Shown: one piece after another, positions 25,033 to 40,100 of the stretch | How positions within the stretch are numbered: the first letter of the stretch is position 1 | How the letters are laid out: every line of letters starts with the position of its first letter | Source: Epiperipatus broadwayi | Taxonomy: Eukaryota > Animalia > Onychophora | Assembly: GCA_028023455.1 (NCBI GenBank) | Contig: JAQFVV010000010.1 | Location: forward strand, 6,758,001 to 6,822,000 | Length of the DNA stretch: 64,000 bases | Direction of reading: 5' to 3' | The notes under the pieces: generated by a model | What the model saw: only the letters and a program-made list of their open reading frames with translations | Databases searched by the model: none | What the model was told of the DNA's origin: nothing | Position numbers and translations under genes: made by a program

Positions 25033-25849
25033 AGTAAATAATGTGTGTGGACTTTAAAACTGATTCTTATCAATGCCATAGAATTGGTTTATAATATAAA
25101 TTTTATCACTCATAGCATTTATTTATACTGTTCTAAAAAGAATTTATAAAGAAATACACCGACACACATCAAATTCCATTTTGACTGGTACTAGCTGTTT
25201 GACTAATAAAAAATCCAGTCAAATATATATATCCTTAACATAGTATCTAAATAAATTCACTATAATGATTTTAAATCAGGGCTATCCAACATTAAGTAAA
25301 CCACGGCCCAATTAAAAAAAATTATCTAAGGGATGCGTCTTAACAGACAAATTATAATAGAACAGCACTAATCATGCACACATTCACCACCAAGAACTCT
25401 TGGAACATATGCATTGGATTAAAAAAGTGCAAGGCTACTTCTTTGACACATCCTGTATTTGAAAAATACATGAGTAAAAAATGATAAAAAACACCAAATA
25501 ATAATATCAAGATTATCAATTAGTGATGGAATTAAAATATCTAATAAACATCAAATTCAAATTGTTACTTTAATTTTTATTCAAAAAAAGTCAAAACTAC
25601 GAAGTGTGTGCACAGACATTCTCAGTGCGCTGAATGTGGTTCGTGGACTGTGTTAAATGCAGCTCTAATTTAAAATAATTAAAAATCATTTGGTAACAAT
25701 AAGAATAAAACAAAAGTGAAAGGTCTCCAATACAATAAATAATTATATCTGACTCTGAATTATTTATAAGTACCACATAGATGTTGTTTTAATAGTTCAA
25801 AACAAAACTATATATGTAGTAATATTGTTTAAATTACCATTTACATGTA

Positions 25850-26350
25850 AGTTATCTAAATAATTAAATAGAAAGGATTTTCATTTTTTCATATATGCCC
25901 TGTACTAATTTTTATATAAGCTCAACGATGCAGTGTTGAGTACAGGAAAACTGTCAAACCCAAACGCAAAATGGAGACTTTATAAAAATAAGAGTAGTTG
26001 TCTTATCTTTAACCTAAATTCTGATTTATATAGACCAATCTGAAGCATCTTGATTTGAGATAGTGAAGATGTTACAGTTCACTTTTCCATCCATTAGTTT
26101 CTTTCATATATTAATATATGCGAAATCTTCCGATTTACTATGAGTCAATTTTAGAATTAATAGGAACTATATAACTCTGAAATTTATTTATCAAATGCAT
26201 AGTATGTATGTAATTAAATAGAAAGTATTTTCATCTTTTCATATAACTGCTGTACTAATTTTCCTGTACTCAACACAGCATCGTTGAGATTATATAAAAA
26301 TTAATACAGCACATATGAAAAGGTGAAAAATCCTTTCTATTTGATTACAT
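25850..26350. repeat. Compound direct and inverted repeat (foldback-like)
   Basis: 25860-25950 recurs inverted at about 26255-26350 and partly direct at about 26210-26260. Confidence 0.6.
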
Positions 26351-27429
26351 ATATACTATAAGCTTGATATCAAAATAATCAATGATGATAAATAGAACAC
26401 ATCCACATGTATTCCCACTTGTTGCCTAGTAATAAAAAAAAAAAAAAAATCCAATTATTTGATTATTACTCAACTTAAGTCTATAACCCAATCTATGTTA
26501 ACAAATAAATAGTAAAATGAACTTGAAAATGACATGTATATGTGCACATGTTCAGTTTATAATATAAAAAAAAATATTTTAATTATTAATTTTAATTTAT
26601 CTTTCACCTATAAAATAACTATACTTTTAAATGCATTAAATAGATTTACATAGGACATGAAATATATAAATATGTGCATACAATGTATTTTATAATATAA
26701 AAATAAATTTAATTATTAATTTTTGTCAAAAATTTATATAGTAAAATTATTATAACAATATAACTCTTTCTGTGCTTGCCTACAGAAAAAACAAACATTG
26801 ATTATTTCAGAATTTAAATAAAAATAATCTTAGACAGTAAAAAAAAAATCATTTGTGTCTTTATTATATAATTTTTTTAAAAAAAATTAACTATCTTTTA
26901 ACTCTAATGACTACAAAATATATAATTTATTTGTTCTCCTTTATGAATTTAAAATTTTTTCAAACTCATTTCTATTAGCATCTAATATCTAATTAATTTA
27001 AAGTTATTTATCTGCACTTTTATTATAAATTGCTATAAGAGAAATATTCTTTCTTTCAAATCCATAAGAGATTTTCCTTGCATTTTCTTTAATACTAGAA
27101 TTTAAATCTCTATATATGTATATTATTGGGATTTTTTTTTATCGAGAGACTCCATCTGTGCATCGATGTACACACGCAATGCATTTCATTTATAAATTTA
27201 ATATGGATATTAGGGAATTCTATCATCTATAATTCCTTTGTCTGTGGAACAGAAACATCTTTATTAAATCAATCTCATATATAGTCTGTCTTATACAAAT
27301 ATCCTGCCTAATTTACCTCATATGCAGATAATATGCATGATATGTTCTGCTTAACAAAGAAAATAAATACCGACACCTTTCAACTCAAATTTTCCCTTCT
27401 ACACTATTTGCACATCCTATATAGAAAGC

Positions 27430-27825
27430 AGTGACATCACATGATCACCATTTCTTATGCTTGCTCATAACTTTTATTAAAACAGGTAAAACTCTCCATA
27501 CAGTAGTGCCACTCAGTGCAAGCCAGAGTAATCAATGGATGCCAGAAGGCTTGTGCATAAAATTCCTATCTAGTGACTACTCATCCAATATGCCCAGACT
27601 GGTTTCTGGCTTGTAGCCTTCGTTATTGAGGAGCCTTAGATGCTAAGATCTAGGTGCAGTGCTCTCAGATCCAAGGCTCCTCACTGATGAAGGCCACAAG
27701 CCAGAAACTAGTTTGGGGATATTGGGACTAAATAGGGATTTTAGGCAGAAGCTTTCTGGCATCCATTGATTATTCTGGCTTGCATTGAGTGGCACTACTG
27801 TATGGAGAGTTTTGCCTGTTTTAAT
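27430..27825. mobile_element. Palindromic element with an HHR in each arm (family 3)
   Basis: Arms of about 165 bp (27478-27640 and 27670-27825). Plus 27670-27727: TCCAA ggc TCCTCA CTGATGA A GGC cacaa GCC A GAAA CTAG TT TGGGGA ta TTGGG. Minus 27583-27640 is a decayed copy with GUC. Confidence 0.75.
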
Positions 27826-29414
27826 CACAGAAAGCAGTGATTGTTCGTGCAGTGGATTAGGGACTAAAACAGAGTATTGATGCATATATCTCTGAAAGCC
27901 CAAACTAAGTATGGAGTGTGATAGCACGAGCTTTCTCCTTAATTCTGAAAACCTTTTTACTTAATATGAGTCTCAGTATTTATATCACATATTAAAAATT
28001 ATAAGATGATAAACATAAAAAGTTAAAGTTGAATATTTTTCCTTCTTAATTAATTAAGATTGTAATTAGAATACAATGTTTCTTATTGATTTACATTCAC
28101 CAAAAAACATAGATTCAAAAATAACTTCTTAATTAACATTTTTTTAAATTTCCACTTAAGTATTAACATTAGTGAAACTAACTTTTATAATTGCATGTAC
28201 ATTTTAAAATAATATCTTTGTTTATAGAAGCTTCCTTTCTTGTTACATTACTAATTTAGATTTTGTCAGAATGACAAATAAATTAAACTATATCGGTGAG
28301 ATCTTCCTATTCAATTTTGAGTAATTTATTTTAAAATAAAAATTATATTTAAATCTTTTTCAATTTTGTTTTACTATTTATATAAATCCATTTTGTATAT
28401 GGTCATTACTTCTTTTTCTTTATAAAACTTTAAATATGCACACACAAAACCTATAAAGGTTGCTCATACAACGTCTTGTGATCACAAGATAATCTGTCCT
28501 AATATATATACATACACACAAATATTGAACAAAATTTTGGCAAAAATATACTAACAATAAATTATTCTAAGTAGATTACTAATATTTATATAGATAGTTA
28601 ATTAATAGAGAATATGAAATAGGTTGCAACTGCTAATGCATATTAAATGTAAGCTAAACAAGTTTTTACAATAATATATAGAGGAAATAGAGGCAGTGTC
28701 TAATTCACACAATTTCAGATTTAGGCTATTTAATAAAGCCCTATTTTTTATTTAAAATAAAAACCCAAGTTATCATTTAAACAAAAGGAAAGTAACTTAA
28801 ATATTTTCACAGCCATTAGGATAACCACATAGATGAAGAGAGTAAAAATTGCTGTTGTCTTAACAACTCTGATTATTGATTAATAATGCGAAAGGTGAGC
28901 TGAAAAGACAAATGCCATGTAAAGATTATGCCAACAGAAATTACGAAAACAATTATTAATTTAGAAAACAATTTATTACCTACATTAATAATCCTTAAAT
29001 ATTATCCAAGAAGGAATAGAGACTAAATTTCCTCAATCATTGACTTCATCAATACAGAAAATAAAATTTCTTAATTGTAAAACATGTTATTCAAAAATAT
29101 AACAACTCAGAATTTCATAAATGATTATATGGTTAATAAAGAAAAAATATACATGTTGACTAAATTGACTTTAAAAAAAAAACAATTTCTTAATTATGAA
29201 CAATGTTATGAATTAAAAAATCTCTAAAAAGTTAAGGAATTTTCTGAACATCCAAAATTGAATACCAATTCTTAGTCTTCAAATTATTGGCTATTCTATT
29301 AATTTCCCCTCATATTACAACTGTTCTTCGATTAGAACATAAATATTTTAGATTTTTTTTTTATAAAAATCCAAGGTAAAGACATAGAATTTTAACTTAT
29401 ATATAATATGAATA

Positions 29415-29642
29415 ATTAAATAGGCAAAACTCTCCATACAGTAGTGCCACTCAGTGCAAGCCAGAGTAATCAATGGATGCCAGAAGGTTTGTGCATAAGT
29501 AGGCACTGGATAGGGATTTTATGCACAAGCCTTCTGTCATTCATTGATTACTCTGGCTTGCACTGAGTGGCACTACTGAATGAAGAGTTTTGCCTGTTTA
29601 ATAAGTTATGAGCAAGCATAAGAAACAGTGATCATGTGATAT
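29415..29642. mobile_element. Shorter family 3 palindrome without the HHR centre
   Basis: Same arms (aaactctccatacagtagtgccactcagtgcaagccagag...) folded back earlier; its unique tail is inverted relative to 27430-27480. Confidence 0.8.
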
Positions 29643-29714
29643 TTAATATGAATAATAGAAATAAAAAAAAATTATAATATTAAATGTTTTTATTTATCAT
29701 ACACTAAAAAGAAA

Positions 29715-29900
29715 AAAAAAATGTTTCTTCAATCACAATTGGGATTTTTAGATTTAGCTTGAAATAAAAGCATGAGGGGATCCAGAAATTAATTAAGTCA
29801 ATTTCTTATTATAAAACAGAGATTGATTTCATTAAAAACCCCATGCTTTTATTTCAAATTAAATCTAAAAACCCCAATGGTTATTGAAAAACAATTTTTT
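29715..29900. repeat. Small foldback/MITE-like inverted repeat
   Basis: ttgggatttttagatttagcttgaaataaaagcatg ... catgcttttatttcaaattaaatctaaaaaccccaa. Confidence 0.65.
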
Positions 29901-29999
29901 TTTAATGCATGGTTAATAAAAATATCTCTATTATTTTTAACTTTTTAGTAATGGCACGATAAATAAAAATGTAAAACCATATACTTTAAAACATTGAAT

Positions 30000-30440
30000 T
30001 TCTAAGAACAATTTTTAAATTTGATATCATATTCAAACTTTTCTACCCACTTCTTCAATATCTACAAAACTGGATTATCTACCTAAAATATTATTGTGCC
30101 TATCACTTTGGTAGACATTAAAAAATATATATACAAAATGTCAATAAATTATATTGAATTTAAACCTATTAAAACTTGATTTTAAAATGTTAATGTAATT
30201 TTAAATTTAAAAAAAAAATCTCTATACCACCTTCTCATGAGACTTACTTAAAACATATTAAAGTTCCAAGAACAATTTTTAAATCTGATATTAAAATTTT
30301 CCTTCCCTCTGTTCCATATCTAAGAAAGTAGGTCATCTACCTAAAATATTATCCAATATTGCTTTCCCTGGTATTTCTTACTGATGTACAAAATTTGAAC
30401 CAATTCTATTGAATTTAAATCTATTAAACTTCAATTTTAA
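30000..30440. repeat. Degenerate tandem duplication, about 260-bp period
   Basis: aagaacaatttttaaat...atctacctaaaatattat...attgaatttaaa occurs twice. Confidence 0.55.
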
Positions 30441-31340
30441 AATTGTATTTTAACTTAAATAATAAAAGTGAAAACAAAAGTTTACAAATAAACATTCCAA
30501 CCAACAAACAGATATTATAACTTAAATAAAAACATTTAAAAAAAAATTTATTGTCATAAAAAGTTATAATAGTATAATTTTCCATTTCAATCACTATAAT
30601 TCTGTTAAAAACCAATAGTTCATTAATAGTTTCATGTTTTGTACCCTGGCTTGTATTATCTACATGACAAAAAAAAAATGATATTGGGTGGGGAAAAACA
30701 GTCAAAATAGGTCATACAATGAGAAATAAACAGAACTTGAAAAATAAATAGTAATTGTTTGTGCAAAAAAATGTTCTTTTTATGTCTCCTTCATTGTAAC
30801 TCTTAATGCTTATTTGTTTAATTATGAGACCAATGTAATCTGATAGGTTTTTTCTATAGTTTTAAATAGAAAATTCCACTCACTCAAATATCAATAAGCA
30901 AATAAATAACTGAGTGACTTCTTATTCAGTAATTTATAAGAAGTTCAAGAATTAGAAATGATAGGACTGAGGAAATCCATGGACCTTGGGTTTTAGAGTA
31001 TAAATATTCTATCACTGATCAAAGCCTGCAGGATAGTAAGATAATCATAAAATATATACTGGATACACATTTCTTTCAGAACTTTATCACTCAATTGTAA
31101 CATTTAAAATTTAATTAGTTTATATATATCATGTTTTAATAATAACAATAATAAAAAAATAAATAATAATAAATTAAAATTTAAAAAATGTAAATAATAT
31201 GTATATAAATAAAATTTACATGAAAACAATAATAGATAATATTGTATACAAAGGAATAGAAATTGTTAAAGAGTATTCAAATCATTCAATGTTATTAAAT
31301 TTTTTTTATCAAATATTAGTATTTCAATTTAATCACTTAC

Positions 31341-31448
31341 TTGATGCCTGTACATAACGTAAAATATATTGGGACTCTGATTCGGATTCATCCATCAACT
31401 GAATTTGACAGTGTAAGCATTGATATATATATTCCAAAGGATTTATTT
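31341..31448 (-). CDS. PARP gene exon, regulatory/catalytic junction
   Basis: Acceptor tttttttaaag, donor A|gtaagt; 108 nt, phase 1 to 1; (E)INPLEYIYQCLHCQIQLMDESESESQYILRYVQAS resembles PARP1 'P.D..Y..L...I......SEE..II..YV'. Confidence 0.9.
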
Positions 31449-32109
31449 CTTTAAAAAAATATATATATATTATTCAATAAAAAAAAGAAATAACAATACA
31501 TAAACAAAAATAAGAAATCATAAAATGAATAATAGAAAAGTTAATAAAAAACAACAAAATATGCTAAGCATGAAATTGTTGTCATTTCATTATCCAACTG
31601 CTAGATTCATATTTTTATTCTAGTCACACTACATAAATCAGATTAATTAAAGAGCAGCATAATTTTTCACCATCTTCATGCTACTTATTGTAAACTTTAA
31701 AAGATAATAGATGCAAAATGATAGTGCTTATTAAATTACTATTGTGCATTGTCCAATTGAATATCTGCAGATTAGTTTCAAGTTTATGACTTTCATCAAT
31801 GAGATTTGCCTTCCATCAGTGGACCTGGATATCTAGGCTCAAATGCACTTCCCTTCAGCAGCTACTTTATACCCATCTGTTATACTATCAACCTATCAAC
31901 TCAAACTAAAAAACATGTTTTCAATCTAAGCCAACTTGCTTACATAGTGCTATAGATCTGAAACCAGTTCAGTTTCTATACATTATAGTATGCCCTTAGT
32001 TTTTTCTAACTGTATAAACACCTCTATATTAGGCAGGATTTAGTATAAGCTAATAATGTCACCTGATTCCGTAACATGGCAATAGCTTACATATTGCTCT
32101 ACAAATTAT

Positions 32110-32815
32110 CATATCTCATCTTGCCTTCAAATAATGGACTTGTCCAGGGCCCATCTTATCTAGATCAGATTGAGTATTCACTGCCATAAACCAATATGTG
32201 TGTAAATATATATCTATATACAGATAATGCATAGCCAATGGAAAGAATGGGACAATGTGTGATGATACTCACCAAATCTGAATGTTTGTTTCCATCAATG
32301 ATGGGGACTGAGAAAAAATAATCAGTTTTTTTTAAAAGTAGGATTGGAAAACTACTATTGCAAAGCTGAAAGGTAGACAACTTCTGTCACAGAGTTGAAA
32401 GACAGAATCTCCATTCTCCAGCAGACAAAAGCAGTTAATCTAGAATGGTTGATGCAGTGAGACAAGTCCATATTCAGAATTGGAAACTTCTAAAACCAAA
32501 TATTGTCATGAGGCATGCTATCAAGTAAAGCTTCAAATGTCACCAGATCATTCATGAAGCAGGCTGCCAAGATACAGCTAGAAGTGGTAGAAAAATTATA
32601 AGGGCATTTGTAATCCCTTCTCCTGCAGTTCACCTTACAATTAGGAACTATACTTTGCCAAATGGTAACATATTTACAGGCATTTAGGTTATATATATTG
32701 TAACCTTTTGATTGATTATTCATGGTAAGAAGGGCATATAAAATGTAAATTATAGCTCCAACATTTTAAATTTATAATTTAGATAATAGTAATGCTATTA
32801 ACATGAGTATAACAA
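32110..32815 (+). mobile_element. Solo LTR-like repeat related to 39090-39770
   Basis: Collinear but clearly diverged match (ttatctagat...aaagctgaaagg...atctccattctccag...gcaggctgccaagatacag...taggaactatact). Confidence 0.65.
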
Positions 32816-35795
32816 TAATAAATGACTTAATACATAAAGATTAAAAAGAGGAATTCTGTAGAGATGTTATAATCATTATTATTTATAATCATTTGTAGTA
32901 TAACCCATTATACAATTTTAATATACTAATTGTAAATCTAAATAAACATTGTTACATATAGATTTGATTTTAATTTATTTTGTGATGTTTCTTCAAAAGT
33001 CAAAAACATAAAATCGCAATTAAGGAAAGAAGGAACAATTATTGATTACAAGATAATAATTTATTTTAAAATTATTGCAATAATATATTTTAAGTATAAA
33101 TATGTATTAGTAAACTTTATATTTAAATTCAACTAATAATATCATATATTAAAAATATGAGAATAATAAGTTTAGTATTAAAGAAATGAATTAAATTAAT
33201 TTTGTTTGTGAAATATTTATTAATTTTAATTACTTTAAATAGAAACAGAAAAATTAAGTAAAAAATTGCACAGCTTGATTTGGGTTACTGACCAATGAGA
33301 ATTAAGCAAGTAGTTTTCTGATGTCAATTATCCTGGGTTTTTTTTTTAAAAAAAATCATAGCAGATGGTTAAAGTAAAAAAGATTGAAGAAAACATAAAG
33401 TAAATAGCAGTTTTGATTTTTGTTTTCTCTATAAAAGCAATTATAAAACATAAAAATATTCAAAATCTTAAGTAGTAACAAAAAAAATAATCTAAGGAAA
33501 TAAGATATTTTAACTAATTATTAACATCATGGAGTAATTTAAACTAATCTTCATTACAACTAAAGTACCAATCCCGATCATCTTCTTATAGTCAAGATAA
33601 TACCACAAAGAAGTTGAAAAATCCAAGTTGTTATTTTAATTGTGCCTAGGATAACCATAAAGGAAACACAACTGCATTGCTTCAGAGAGAAACATGGCAA
33701 TAGCCACATAAGAAAACATTCATTTCTCTATGCTAAATTAAGGGTTTTTATTAATCATAGATTAAATGTGAAAAACAGATTAAAAATTCCTAGAAATAAT
33801 TTTTTAAAGCTAATAGAAATATCCTATAGAATGTTAAGAATAATTAATTAGTTGCAAGTGTTGAATACAAGAAAAACTAATCTTTGTTTGAATTAAACAG
33901 TTGATACATAAGAAATTTTGAAGAAAATATTTAGCTTATATTTAATAATGAAGAAAAAAAAGATAAAACTTAAATTAAGATTTCTTATGTTTAAATAAGG
34001 ATTCTAATAATAGAATATTAAAAATATGAAGGATAATTAGAAAAAAAATATCCATGTAACTTTTAATGGTAGATAAGCAAAAATAACAGATCAAAATGTA
34101 CAAGCCAGCAAATTAAATGAATTTATGAAATACATGTATAAAATGTTACTAGACTAATAAATAACAGGAAAAGAAGAGAAATAAAAAAAAACCTATTGAA
34201 GACTTTTTTGAACATTTTTAAAAGTTTGTGCAGCTTGAAAGAATAAAATGGAGATTTAATTAGAATATTCATTAAATTTTTTCGTAGTGTATTTTGAAGA
34301 ACAAGATTATGTGTATGCAATTTAAAAACTAGATAGGAAGGAAGAATATATCCAATTCGGAACTGTTGTCCGGTTAGTGTGTGCTTGTTTGTTAATGTTT
34401 TGTTTAACTATAATTGTCTTTTAACAGAGAGAAGATAGAAGTACCTCAACGTGCGAAGAATGGTAAACATTGTAATATTAAAATAGAAACTGGAAATGGG
34501 TTTAAAAAAATAATAATTTTTAAATTTATTACTAATATTTTACTTGTTTGATATGAAATATACATACAAGGTATTTTTCATAATAGTGATTTAACGAATT
34601 GCTATATGCAATTTAGGTATATAATGTTAAAGGTATTAATTTTTTTTATTTTTTCAGAAAAAAAAAAAAATCTTAAATATAGGAAGAGAGTACCTATGAA
34701 TTATAATATAAAAATGTGTGTGAGTGGTATATAGTATTTTAACTGTATATTTTGACCAGTAAGAAATTAAGTGTGATAGGATTATCTGAAAGGAATAATA
34801 AACTTATTATAAAATGTAATATTTATGAGAGTAATAAAGAGTATATGCTAAGGTAAGACAATATCATGATCTCATTTGTTATAACAAAAAAATACTATTG
34901 ATAGTAATAATAGAAGTAGATTATTTGTTGTGTAAAATGATTGTAGATACGGATAGAAAAATATTTCATGGGAAGATTATATTACATGGTTAGTCTATAA
35001 TTAGTAGAATAATAGATGCCGAATATACAGTCGAGGAAGATGAGTTAAAATTCCAGGATAGGATAAAATATTATCCTGAAGAATGGATGAATACTTAAGT
35101 GGGACAGTTTTCTGCAAAGAAATGAGGGTAGTACATACCATAAGTGCTTAGAGAAGATGCCAGGGTAAAATCATTAAGAAGATGATTGCTTGTCAAAAAT
35201 ATGACACCTCATATTTAAAAGAAACTTCCATCATTTTTATTAGTATATAGTATTTAACAAAATCAATTTCTTATTTATAAAGTTTAAGGTCAATAATAGT
35301 ATAGAAGGCATCAAAGGTAGATTAAATATTTAAAGGATTTTTATAATTTCTTCCTAAGTCTCGATAGATTTGCTTGAAGGTAAAACCATGTACAGAATAA
35401 ATATGTTATATTTGAATAGTAATTTGAATAAATTACTAGATGAGTAAAATAATTGAGATCAAAAATCACTATAAAATATAAGCGAGAGAGAAAGTGAAGG
35501 CATAAATGAATTGTATGATATGGAAAGAGTCCTTAGCTTTATTATTCATTTCAATTACATTATAAATATTGTTTTATATTTTTTTTAATTAACACAGCAG
35601 CAATAATTTTGTTAAGTGAGTTATAGTTTAATATTTCATGCCAAATTTGGGAATATGAAATATAATTTAAATGGTACAATTTTTTTATGATACTAAGAAT
35701 TATAAAATATCAGGTAATAGAGAAAAAAAAGGACTGAGAAGATAACCAGATGACTCATGAATGATGTAACTAGAGCATATTAGTATGAAATCATA

Positions 35796-36093
<298 letters not shown>

Positions 36094-37839
36094 CTTATAA
36101 TTAAAAGCAAAAAAAAACAACTAAATATTAATTATGGGAAGAGTTGATTATATATAATAACCATCATGTTTATTTGTAAATAATTTAACTAATTTGTTGT
36201 AAATGTGTAAAACAGTTTAATGTTTTTTTTTTTATTGTTAATGAAATATTTACTTTATATGCAAAGGTGTTTTTTATTTATTATTAGTGTTGTAATAAAT
36301 GAATATTTTGGTTTAAATTTTGTCATAGTAATTTCATTGAGTCTGAGAGTCATTTCCATCACAAGGTCATATCAATAAAGCACATTATCCCCATAAAATT
36401 ATACATATATTCTGATTACATGCCTCATTCAAGAAGTTACACTTAAGAATTTATAATTAAAATACATTAACTGTTAATTGCTTTTAAATTATAACTATAT
36501 TAAAGAAAGTTTATGGTACTTCATATTTATTTAGATATAAAAGAATCCTGAAAAGCCAAGTGAAAAATACTATTAAGTATTACAAAAGGGAGAGCATATA
36601 ATAAAAATCAGTATTATGTTTGAGAGTCACATTCTAATTTTGCAATTTCAGTTGAAATAGATGTTATATCATAAATTTAAAAGTATTATATTATTTCAGA
36701 GTACAAGTTACTAACCAAATATATTTGAAGGTCTGTAGTTTTGAAGGATTTCATTCCAATAAGTGAATGCCAACTAATTATGAGATGAATTTTAGTAAAC
36801 TACACTTTGTAAATAATAATGGTGTAATAAAGCTTTGATTATAATAAAATGAATATTCTAGAGTAATAGGTATTAGTATAAGCATGAGAACAAAGGAAGA
36901 TTAGATTAAGTTACTTAAATGAGGTTAATGAATAGAGAGCCATTGTTGATTGCCATGCCTTATTATTATAGTTAGATTAAGTTTTCTAATAGGAAGTTAA
37001 TCATTATTTGTAATAGTAAGTGTGCTTTTATTTAAATAGTTGGATCCCAGTAAAATCCCTCTTGCGATTCAATTATTTAATTATCAATCTAATGGTTATA
37101 TTATATTTAGAATAGAATACATATGATCTCTGAGATAGCCATAGGATAGATCAATTATTTCAAGTTAATGTAATTTTGTTAATATTTTTATTTTAAGATT
37201 CTTAAATTATAGACAAGTAGTTTAAATCACTATTTAAATGAAATATTATGTTAGTCATTGTTTGTTGTGGGGATTTTCCTAATGATTATAATAGGATAGT
37301 AGCAGGAGAATTTTCACAATAGCAATGCCATTGTGGAGTGTATTTTATATACTTCTGAATGTTAAAACCGCTCGCTTGTAATCGTACATAGAATCTATCT
37401 TATGTTTTGATGTTTAGCAAGTTTTAAGCCTCATAAAGAGTCTTAAACTTTATTGTTGGTATACTTGATAGTTTATTGTTGAGCTAGTATAATAGAGGGT
37501 TCAAAAGGAGGAGATAAGGGAAGATTACAATATATACTGTCCGAATAAATAACAGTTTGGGCAATTGAAAAATAAAATAGTTTCCCCTACAGCTAGAGGA
37601 AAAAAATTTAAAATGACAAATCTTGCCCCCATGTGTTGTTAGATTTTGTCATTAATCAGAAAAACTGACCACTAACATTATTGATGTGCCAATAAAAAAT
37701 TTTTAAAATCAAACGAGAGTGGTTACTCATTATTAATAAAGGCAGAATCTTCCCCCAGTGAGTTATTAGATTTTGTCTTTAATTAAAGTGACAGCTACCA
37801 GTAGCTTCTCATACCAATAAAAAAAGATTTATTTTCTCT

Positions 37840-39770
37840 CATGGCATAAGGAGAGGGAAAATAAAATGATTAAATTGGCTCAGTTGAATAATTCAATCCA
37901 GCCTATCCAGAAAATTGGCCAAGTTATAAAGATCAAGTATTCTTCTACTTATGCCTAATGGTCCCTGACATAACATTTAACTCCACTTTGTCTCAAGAGA
38001 TTATAATGGAATCAACAGATAGTCAAGAAAGTTCATTGAAAAAAAAATGGACTGTAGATTTCAAACCATTTAACAGAAACTTGAATTGAAGAAATAACTA
38101 GCTGAGAGTAAAAATCACTGCTCCTATAAATTAATATCGAATAAAAAGCACTATTATAGATCTGATCAATAGATATGTGCACACATCGAATGTCCACACC
38201 AGTATACAGTGTGTACATATTACAAGTGTGTTGGCCACACAAAAGCTCCTTGTTTTACATGAAAACAACAAGTTGCTAATGACAGAATAGAAGAGTCCCT
38301 CATAAAAAGTTGGAAGCAATTTAAAATCTACGAACAAAACTCCCTTATAAACAATGTGAAAGGCATTGATTCTGCTTTTAAATACAGAATTCTTATTAAT
38401 GATAGGCCAGTATTAATGGAACTAGATTCAAGATCTGCAGAATCAATTATATCACAAAATACATGGGCCATCAATAAGAAAAATAATTATCAGCCACATC
38501 TTAGCTGCAAAACAATTATTGATTACTCTTGGGCCAGGCAAGAGACAATGACCAGAGCAATTTATTAGGATGTGTCTGGTTCATTCACTTAGGTTTTGCA
38601 GAGAAAGTATACCAGCCCCCACAACAAAAAATGACGCAATAGCGTCTATTCAGAAGTAGTTGTCAATAAACTAGGTGTGAACCCTAAAATGAAACAAGAA
38701 ACAAAAAGTGGAAAAAAATTAGACAGGTGCTCAAATCTTATGCCGCCTGTTTAAGAGAATCATAAAATGAGTTCCAGCAGTGGCGATCAAACTTAAAAAA
38801 CTTCACAATAGTGGTTAAAACAATTGATGCACAGCAATATCATAGACATCGAAACTAGCTAAGATTAAAAACTACACGTCAACAGCCATCAGCAAAGCTC
38901 ATCAGATAAATAAAGTCACAATCTACCAGTGATGAATCACCAACCAGCAATGATAAACCTACAGCTTCGAGATCTACAAATGATACAGGACCTGCAGATG
39001 AAGTCACCAAGCCTAATGAAGCCACAAAGGGAAGAATATGCCTATCAATGCACCTGAATGATTATGTTCTCCAGAGCTAATTTTAGCCAGTGGAGAGACT
39101 ATATTTCACACCTTGCCTTTAAATAATGAAGTAGTCCAGAGCCTCTTATCTAGATTGGATTGAGCATTCATTGCCACAAACCAATGCATATATATATAAT
39201 GCATAGCCAATCGCAAGAATGGGTCAATAGACAATAATGTTCATTGAATCAGAATGTTTCCATTAAGAGTAGGGATCTGGCAATAAATAATCAGTCTTCT
39301 TGAAGATAGGGTCAGAGAACTATTGTCACAAAGCTGAAAGGCAAAATACACTTTCTCCAGGAAACTATTATCAGAAAGACACAATCTCCATTCTCCAGAC
39401 AATAGTGGTTAGCTAAATGGTTCCTACAATGAGTAAGTTCACATTCAGGACTGGAAGCTGCTAGAACCTAACATTGGCACAAGGCAAGTTGTCAAATACA
39501 ACTGGAAGTGTTCCTGATCCTACCTGCTAGGCAGGCTGCCAAGATACAGTTGGAAGTAGTAAGAAACTCATAAGGAATATTGCTGTCCTTTCTTCTGTAG
39601 TTCAGTCTGGACTAGGAACTATACTTCATCAAATGATAGCAGGCGGAGATAGCCATTATAAAATTGTAAATATGAATGTATGTTTGTATTCATGTTACAT
39701 TAATAAATATATTAGAAAATGTATTTACCCATGTTTGTATTTATATATAGAATTCATATAAACATAACAA
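37840..39770 (+). mobile_element. Internally deleted Gypsy-like LTR retrotransposon with 3' LTR
   Basis: PBS-like TGGCATAAGG before a gag start (NPAYPENWPSYKDQVFF in a shifted frame); protease RILINDRPVLMELDSRSAESIISQNTW; pol tail HLNDYVL; PPT-like GGAGAGA, then LTR at about 39090-39770. RT/RH/IN absent. Confidence 0.65.
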
Positions 39771-39969
39771 TAATTCTATTTAATTATAGCAGCATAATTT
39801 TTCATCATCTCTGTCACTTACTGTAAACTTCAATAATTAATAATAGATGCAAGATAATAGTGTTTATTAAATCTCTATATGACTATGCAAGCAAATTGGC
39901 TTACATTAGTTTGAGAAAACAAAGAGGTAAATGATAGGTTCTGGAAGAAGGGTGCATTATGTTCTAAAA

Positions 39970-40100
39970 ATCCAGGTGCATTAGTCCAAGATCCAAAAGT
40001 CCTCATTGATGAAAGCCATAACATTGATTTTAGTCTGGGGATATTGGATAAAACACATAGTATAGGGATTTAATAAGAATTACCATCTGGTGACAAATTA
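39970..40100 (+). ncRNA. Degenerate family 3 hammerhead copy
   Basis: TCCAAAAG TCCTCA TTGATGA AAGCCATAACATT GATTT TAGTC TGGGGATATTGGA aligns with 27670-27727 and keeps GUC. Confidence 0.55.

Noticed and set aside
27431-27927. Near-identical ORFs on opposite strands (KTGKTLHTVVPL)
   Set aside because: A consequence of the palindrome, with no protein similarity.
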